Under the pieces are notes generated by a model that did no database searches, had not been told where the DNA came from, and saw only the letters and a list, made by a program, of their open reading frames with translations. This document shows, one piece after another, positions 58,947-64,000 of a stretch of DNA of 64,000 bases. Positions within the stretch are counted from its first letter, which is position 1. Each line of letters starts with the position of its first letter. This stretch comes from Bdellovibrionales bacterium (GTDB lineage: Bacteria > Bdellovibrionota > Bdellovibrionia > Bdellovibrionales > UBA1609). The DNA is taken from contig OZ241329.1 in the NCBI GenBank assembly GCA_965199825.1, positions 2,528,001 through 2,592,000 of the forward strand. Reading direction: 5' to 3'. Both the position numbers and the translations under genes were made by a program.

Positions 58947-61166
58947 ATGAGTGAGCTCGAGGGCGACGATCGCTTTTCTGAAAAAGCACCACGAACAGTC
59001 GATGAACTCCTCGAGCGCATTTTAGGTTATTACCCCCAAGCCGATTCTGCCTTTATCAAAAAAGCCTATGAATTTTCCGAAAAAGCTCACTCCGGCCAAA
59101 TTCGCCGCAGTGGTGAGCCATATATTTCGCATCCCCTGGGTGTGGCCGGAATCCTCGCCGAGCTTAAGCTAGATTTGTTTACTATAGCCACGGGACTTCT
59201 TCACGATACAGTCGAAGACACCACGGTCAGTCTTAAAGATATCGAAAATCAATTCGGCGCAACGGTCAGTCAATTGGTCGATGGTGTCACAAAAATATCT
59301 AAATTTAGCTTTCGCAACACGCACGAAAAACAAGGCGAAAATATTCGCAAAATGATTATTGCGATGGGTAAAGATGTGCGGGTGGTTTTGGTCAAATTGG
59401 CCGATCGTCTCCACAATATGCGCACCCTCAATCATATGCCCTATCAAAAACAAGCGGTGATTGCCCAAGAGACTCTAGATATTTACGCTCCACTTGCAGG
59501 ACGTCTCGGGATTATGTCTCTTAAGATTGAGCTCGAAGATTTAAGCTTTCGTTATTCGCAGCCCGAATCGTATTACGAAGTCGCACAAAAGGTTCAAAAG
59601 AAAAAGCGCGAGCGAGAAAAGTATATTGAAGACACCAAACGAGTTTTAGAAGGCGAAATCACAAAACGAAGTCAGATTGATTTTGAAATTCAGGGCCGTC
59701 CTAAACATCTTTACTCTATCTATAAAAAAATGCAGTCGCGCGTGGTCGATTATGATCAGGTTTACGATGTGCTGGCATTTCGGGTTTGCGTCAATACGAT
59801 TTCGGAATGCTACGAAATCTTAGGCCTCGTTCATAATCTTTGGAAACCGATTCCTGGACGATTTAAAGATTTTATCGCGATGCCAAAGGTGAACAACTAT
59901 CAGAGTCTTCACACTACAGTGATTGGTCCCTTAGCTGAGCGAATCGAAGTTCAGATCCGCACCTATGAGATGCATCTTATCGCCGAGCGCGGAATTGCCG
60001 CCCATTGGGCCTATAAAGAAAATTTAAATGAAAGTGGTTTAGACGCTAAGAGTGCCGAAAAGTTTAATTGGTTAAGAGAGTTGATCAATCTTCATCAACA
60101 CTCCCCCACTGCCGACGAATTTTTAGAGAATGTAAAAACCGATTTATTTGAATCAGAAATTTATGTGTTTACCCCCAAAGGAGAGGTCAAAGAATTTCCC
60201 GAGGGTGCCACACCCATTGATTTTGCTTACTCGGTTCACACTGGACTCGGAAATCAAATCACTGCGGCACGTGTGAATGGCAAAATGGTTTCGCTCAAAT
60301 ATCAGCTTTCAAATGGCGACACCATAGAAGTGATCTCTTCAAAGAACCAGGTTCCTTCAAAAGACTGGCTCAAGATGTGTGTCACGACTCGGGCAAAATC
60401 TAAAATTCGGGCCTTTGTAAAAGCCGAAAGTCGAAAACGCGCCCAAACTCTGGGTAAGGAGATTTTAGAAAAATATTTTAGACGCATGTCAGTTTCGATT
60501 CACCGCCTTGAAGGGGCTTTGTTTGAAAAGCTTTTGCGTGATCATGGCTGCAATAACATCGACGATTTGCATGTGCATTTGGGTTACGGCACGTTGACCG
60601 CGCAACAAGTTTTGAGCGCAATTCTACCAGAGATGCCCAAAGCACAACCGCCTCCGGAGAAACCTTCGTTTTTAAAAAAAGCATTTCAAGCGGCTGTTGG
60701 AAAAACAAAAAAATCGGGATCATTGATTCGGGTCGATGGACTTGAAGATGTGCTGGTGCGATTTGCAAGATGTTGCAATCCAATTCCTGGTGATCCGATC
60801 ATTGGATTTATCACGCGTGGACGAGGCATTGCGATCCACCGTGCGGATTGTGAAAAAGCATTCGAACTCGATCAAGATCGGCGACTCGAAGTCGAATGGA
60901 ATGTGGCTCGCGCTCAAGAAATGGGACGACTTGTGCGAATACGTGTAGTCTCGCATGACTCTGCTGGACTCTTAAAATCGATGACCGAAGTTTTTGCGGC
61001 AAACAGTGTGAATATTCAAAACGCCCAAGCGCGCACGACCAAAGACCTGAAGGCCGTTTCGATTTTTGATGTGACCGTTCGCGACACTTCCCAACTCAGC
61101 ACTGTTATGAACCAGTTAGCAAAAATCAAAGGCGTCATCGGCGTTACACGCATCACCCACTCTTGA
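58947..61166 (+). CDS. spoT: Bifunctional (p)ppGpp synthetase/hydrolase (long RSH)
   Basis: RRSGEPYISHP, LHDTVED, KLADRLHNMRT, YQSLHT, TGS and ACT domains. Confidence 0.95.
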   Translation: MSELEGDDRFSEKAPRTVDELLERILGYYPQADSAFIKKAYEFSEKAHSGQIRRSGEPYISHPLGVAGILAELKLDLFTIATGLLHDTVEDTTVSLKDIENQFGATVSQLVDGVTKISKFSFRNTHEKQGENIRKMIIAMGKDVRVVLVKLADRLHNMRTLNHMPYQKQAVIAQETLDIYAPLAGRLGIMSLKIELEDLSFRYSQPESYYEVAQKVQKKKREREKYIEDTKRVLEGEITKRSQIDFEIQGRPKHLYSIYKKMQSRVVDYDQVYDVLAFRVCVNTISECYEILGLVHNLWKPIPGRFKDFIAMPKVNNYQSLHTTVIGPLAERIEVQIRTYEMHLIAERGIAAHWAYKENLNESGLDAKSAEKFNWLRELINLHQHSPTADEFLENVKTDLFESEIYVFTPKGEVKEFPEGATPIDFAYSVHTGLGNQITAARVNGKMVSLKYQLSNGDTIEVISSKNQVPSKDWLKMCVTTRAKSKIRAFVKAESRKRAQTLGKEILEKYFRRMSVSIHRLEGALFEKLLRDHGCNNIDDLHVHLGYGTLTAQQVLSAILPEMPKAQPPPEKPSFLKKAFQAAVGKTKKSGSLIRVDGLEDVLVRFARCCNPIPGDPIIGFITRGRGIAIHRADCEKAFELDQDRRLEVEWNVARAQEMGRLVRIRVVSHDSAGLLKSMTEVFAANSVNIQNAQARTTKDLKAVSIFDVTVRDTSQLSTVMNQLAKIKGVIGVTRITHS

Positions 61167-61258
61167 TTAATCTTTGAACATTTCCCCCAGGATTACAGTC
61201 TAGCAAGGCTTTAATCGATAAGCCCTTAGACGAGATTTACAACTAAGGGAGAAAACAC

Positions 61259-62791
61259 ATGGGAATATTTTTGGCAATCATAGGGACCTGGGCAATGGCG
61301 CTCAGCACTCCTGACTTTTGGAAATGTACCGGAAAAGTGGGCGGCTCATGGCTCCCTGCTCAAAATCCGAATGCGTGCAATGTCTCAGATTTTGGCGATC
61401 CAAAATCGGTTCAATCTAATTACACGTCGGTCATTTATAGCGATGCGAAGTCATCAGCTTCGCAACTTCCTGCGTACATGAACAATATGAATGCCGATAT
61501 TCGCGACGCTGCCACTTACTATTATCAAATCAGAAATGTTGGATCTACCGGAATGGTTTTGAATGATTGGCTTCAGCTCGTGATGGCCACCGCATTTCAA
61601 GAATCCATGTGGTCACATTATCGTTTAGGAAATGACAAGCTTGTAAAAATGATGCGCGGAGATTCAGGCCATGGCCACGGGATGATGCAAATTGATGATC
61701 GTGATTCAGGTCATTACAATGCCCTTCTCAAAAATTCTGCAGGCTGGGAATTGTCGCAAAATATTGTCAATGGTTTAGATGAACTCTTTAATGATGTGAA
61801 GCTGGCCAAAAAATCAAAGTGTGCCACCAACTCGCAAAATCTCGCACGTGCGGCTTATTCTGATTACAATGGTGGACCAGGAAATGAATGTCGTTGGCAA
61901 AATGCGAACAGCTCATGGGCTCGCAATGACGTTAATTTTTTAAATAACTATAAATCAAAACTTTGGAACAATTACGTTACAAACACCAAAGCGATCAGTA
62001 CATCAAACATGTCTTGTTTAATGGAAAAAACAGCTTCATGTTCGGCTCAACCCGTACGTACCACCGCATCGATTACCGTCACATCGGCACCCCACCTTTA
62101 TGACACTTCAGATGGTTCAATCTGCGCTCTTGTAGGCCAAAGCTTAAATTGTGTAAAAACAAAAGATGTTTTGTGTTTAAAACAAAGTTTGGATTTGAGC
62201 GGTGATGCGGTCAGCTTGCCACAACAGCTTCAAGCTCTTCCCCGTAAAAATCTAGATCGCCATACTTTATGCCAAACCATTTTTAAGTCGATGGCTTCTG
62301 TTTCTGAATTCGTAAAAACCGACCGTGATATCTTTGTAAGATCCGCACCTCAAGGGGCCGAACTCACAACTGTTCAAAAAAATAGCCTCAATCAAGTCTT
62401 GGATTTTCAAATCGAAGACAACGGTGATCTTTATTATGGCGTTCAAGTGAACAACCGCTTTGGATATTTTTATGCCGGAAACGTTTTGCAAAATGTGTAT
62501 TGGGCAACCGAACAACTCGACTCAATGAATGATCAACGGGTGATTGCAACTCACGGGCATCAAGTTCAGATCACATTAAAATCGGGACTTAATGTTTACA
62601 ACAAAATCGGTGGAAGCATTGTTTCCAACCTCAAACTGAACGATAAAGTTGTGGTTGATACCGTTGAAATCAACAGTGACAACAATGAAGTTTATTATCA
62701 GGTGATCACATCAAAGGGACCTGGTTATATTTTTAGCGGACACATCCTTCCCACTATGAATTTAAAGCAATGGACTAGGAATTTAAATTAA
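61259..62791 (+). CDS. Secreted lytic-transglycosylase/lysozyme-like protein with C-terminal SH3-like repeats
   Basis: AFQES, GMMQI, AYSDYNGGPG (SLT motifs I-III); two C-terminal repeats with YY.V....GY. Confidence 0.65.
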   Translation: MGIFLAIIGTWAMALSTPDFWKCTGKVGGSWLPAQNPNACNVSDFGDPKSVQSNYTSVIYSDAKSSASQLPAYMNNMNADIRDAATYYYQIRNVGSTGMVLNDWLQLVMATAFQESMWSHYRLGNDKLVKMMRGDSGHGHGMMQIDDRDSGHYNALLKNSAGWELSQNIVNGLDELFNDVKLAKKSKCATNSQNLARAAYSDYNGGPGNECRWQNANSSWARNDVNFLNNYKSKLWNNYVTNTKAISTSNMSCLMEKTASCSAQPVRTTASITVTSAPHLYDTSDGSICALVGQSLNCVKTKDVLCLKQSLDLSGDAVSLPQQLQALPRKNLDRHTLCQTIFKSMASVSEFVKTDRDIFVRSAPQGAELTTVQKNSLNQVLDFQIEDNGDLYYGVQVNNRFGYFYAGNVLQNVYWATEQLDSMNDQRVIATHGHQVQITLKSGLNVYNKIGGSIVSNLKLNDKVVVDTVEINSDNNEVYYQVITSKGPGYIFSGHILPTMNLKQWTRNLN

Positions 62792-63486
62792 TGAAAAAGT
62801 CGGGAGCTTTGCTGACGCTTGCCTTAATGTCGTTTTATTTTTGGACCAAACGTCATCAGACTCCCGAAGTCGAGGGCGCACTCGTTAAGCCATTGTCACA
62901 AAAAAATGTGATTGTGCTCGAGAAAGCCTCGCCCCTTATTATACCACTCAAAGAGGCAGAGCGATTTCAGCTCTGCGCTGAAGACTCGATCCCTCAATGT
63001 TCCACTCAAGCCAATGATCCAAAACAAATTTACTTTGAAACCGCCGAGCGAATTCGTGAAGTTTTAAAAAGCAGCAGAGGCAAATCGGAATCCGAACGAC
63101 TGCTTGTGGCAAGTCAGGCTTTAGAAATTGCAAACGACGATGTTCGTGCTGCGGCCTTGCAATTAATTAGCGATCTTAAAAAACAACCACTCAATTTAAT
63201 TTTTGAAAACTGCTCAGACGCCCGAAGCCCAAGATTGATAAATGAAATGTTTGAGGCCTTTGAAAAAAGCGAAAGCCCAGAGGATCTCACTCGAATTCAT
63301 CAATTTGTGCAGGCCAGTATTCTATCTGGCCCGCTTTCAAGTGCACCAGTGTATGCAGATAAGATTGGTGTCCTGCTCGATTCAAATTCAATTGCTCAAT
63401 ACCAAGATATCTTAAATCAGTTGCCAAAAAATTCGGCAAGGTATCTGGCCCTTGAAACCTCACTCAACGAATTTGCTAAGCGCTAA
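62791..63486 (+). CDS. Membrane-anchored helical (HEAT-like) hypothetical protein
   Basis: N-terminal TM; NDDVRAAALQLI; coupled to the upstream gene by TAATG. Confidence 0.6.
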   Translation: MKKSGALLTLALMSFYFWTKRHQTPEVEGALVKPLSQKNVIVLEKASPLIIPLKEAERFQLCAEDSIPQCSTQANDPKQIYFETAERIREVLKSSRGKSESERLLVASQALEIANDDVRAAALQLISDLKKQPLNLIFENCSDARSPRLINEMFEAFEKSESPEDLTRIHQFVQASILSGPLSSAPVYADKIGVLLDSNSIAQYQDILNQLPKNSARYLALETSLNEFAKR

Positions 63487-64000
63487 TCCATACAATTTGT
63501 TTATCTCGTTTGAACCAAGTCATTTGCTTTTTGGCGAGTTGCCGGGTGTGAAGAACAATCAATTCAAGGAGCTCTTGCTTCGTGATTTGCTCATCTAAAT
63601 ACATTTGGCATTCTTTGTAGCCCACACTTTGGAGCGCCCGACTCTTTCCAAATCCTTTTTGGCGCAAAAGAGTGACCTCATCAATCAGACCATCTTTCAA
63701 CATGCGGTCGGTGCGAAGGCGAATGTGCTCTAAAAGATTTTGAGGTTGAAGCCCAATTTTTTTGATTGGATATGGAAATGGAGTTTTATTTTTGAGGAAT
63801 TTATTTTTTAAACTCGAAAGGGTTTGGCCAGTTTGTAAAAATACCGTCAGTGCCCGCTCAATCCGGTAGTGATCCGCGGAAGAAATTGTTTTTGCTGCCT
63901 CTGGATCCACCCGCAACAGTTCCTGATAAAGATCGCTCTTTGATTTTTTGAGTTGACCCAACAAATCACTGTCAGTGGGGGGAGAATCAAAAACACCATA
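63476..64000 (-). CDS. miaA: tRNA dimethylallyltransferase (3' part; 5' end outside the window)
   Basis: DP..A..I...D.YRIERAL, GLIDEV, SVGYKE, TRQLAKKQMTWFK. Confidence 0.95.
   Translation of the reverse strand, partial: YGVFDSPPTDSDLLGQLKKSKSDLYQELLRVDPEAAKTISSADHYRIERALTVFLQTGQTLSSLKNKFLKNKTPFPYPIKKIGLQPQNLLEHIRLRTDRMLKDGLIDEVTLLRQKGFGKSRALQSVGYKECQMYLDEQITKQELLELIVLHTRQLAKKQMTWFKRDKQIVWISA

Overview
64 kb of a bacterial chromosome, most likely Bdellovibrionota (inferred from a Bdellovibrio-type fibre protein, the mevalonate operon, alternative complex III and a deltaproteobacterial-style T2SS). Core content: thrS-infC-rpmI-rplT running into a five-gene mevalonate cluster; pheS-pheT-ihfA-merR-tRNA-Pro(GGG); actA-F with system II cytochrome c biogenesis genes; gspC-N; ssb; yicC-gmk-rpoZ-spoT/rel; miaA (partial). 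Accessory genes sit at 1-11.6 kb, 37.2-41.9 kb and 61.2-63.5 kb. The strongest unexplained signal is two paralogous HNH nuclease genes (10498-11304 minus, 38095-38919 plus), each surrounded by the same DNA motif TCGTGCCC(G/A)C. The motif forms a perfect 14 x 18-bp tandem array plus degenerate copies upstream of one gene and two copies upstream of the other. It is also embedded inside both coding sequences in different frames and orientations, which suggests a nuclease/DNA-binding protein plus cognate-site system. Also notable: a pair of inverted, covarying structured elements between infC and rpmI, and many genes with a leaderless promoter layout. All calls were made by eye; no database searches were run.
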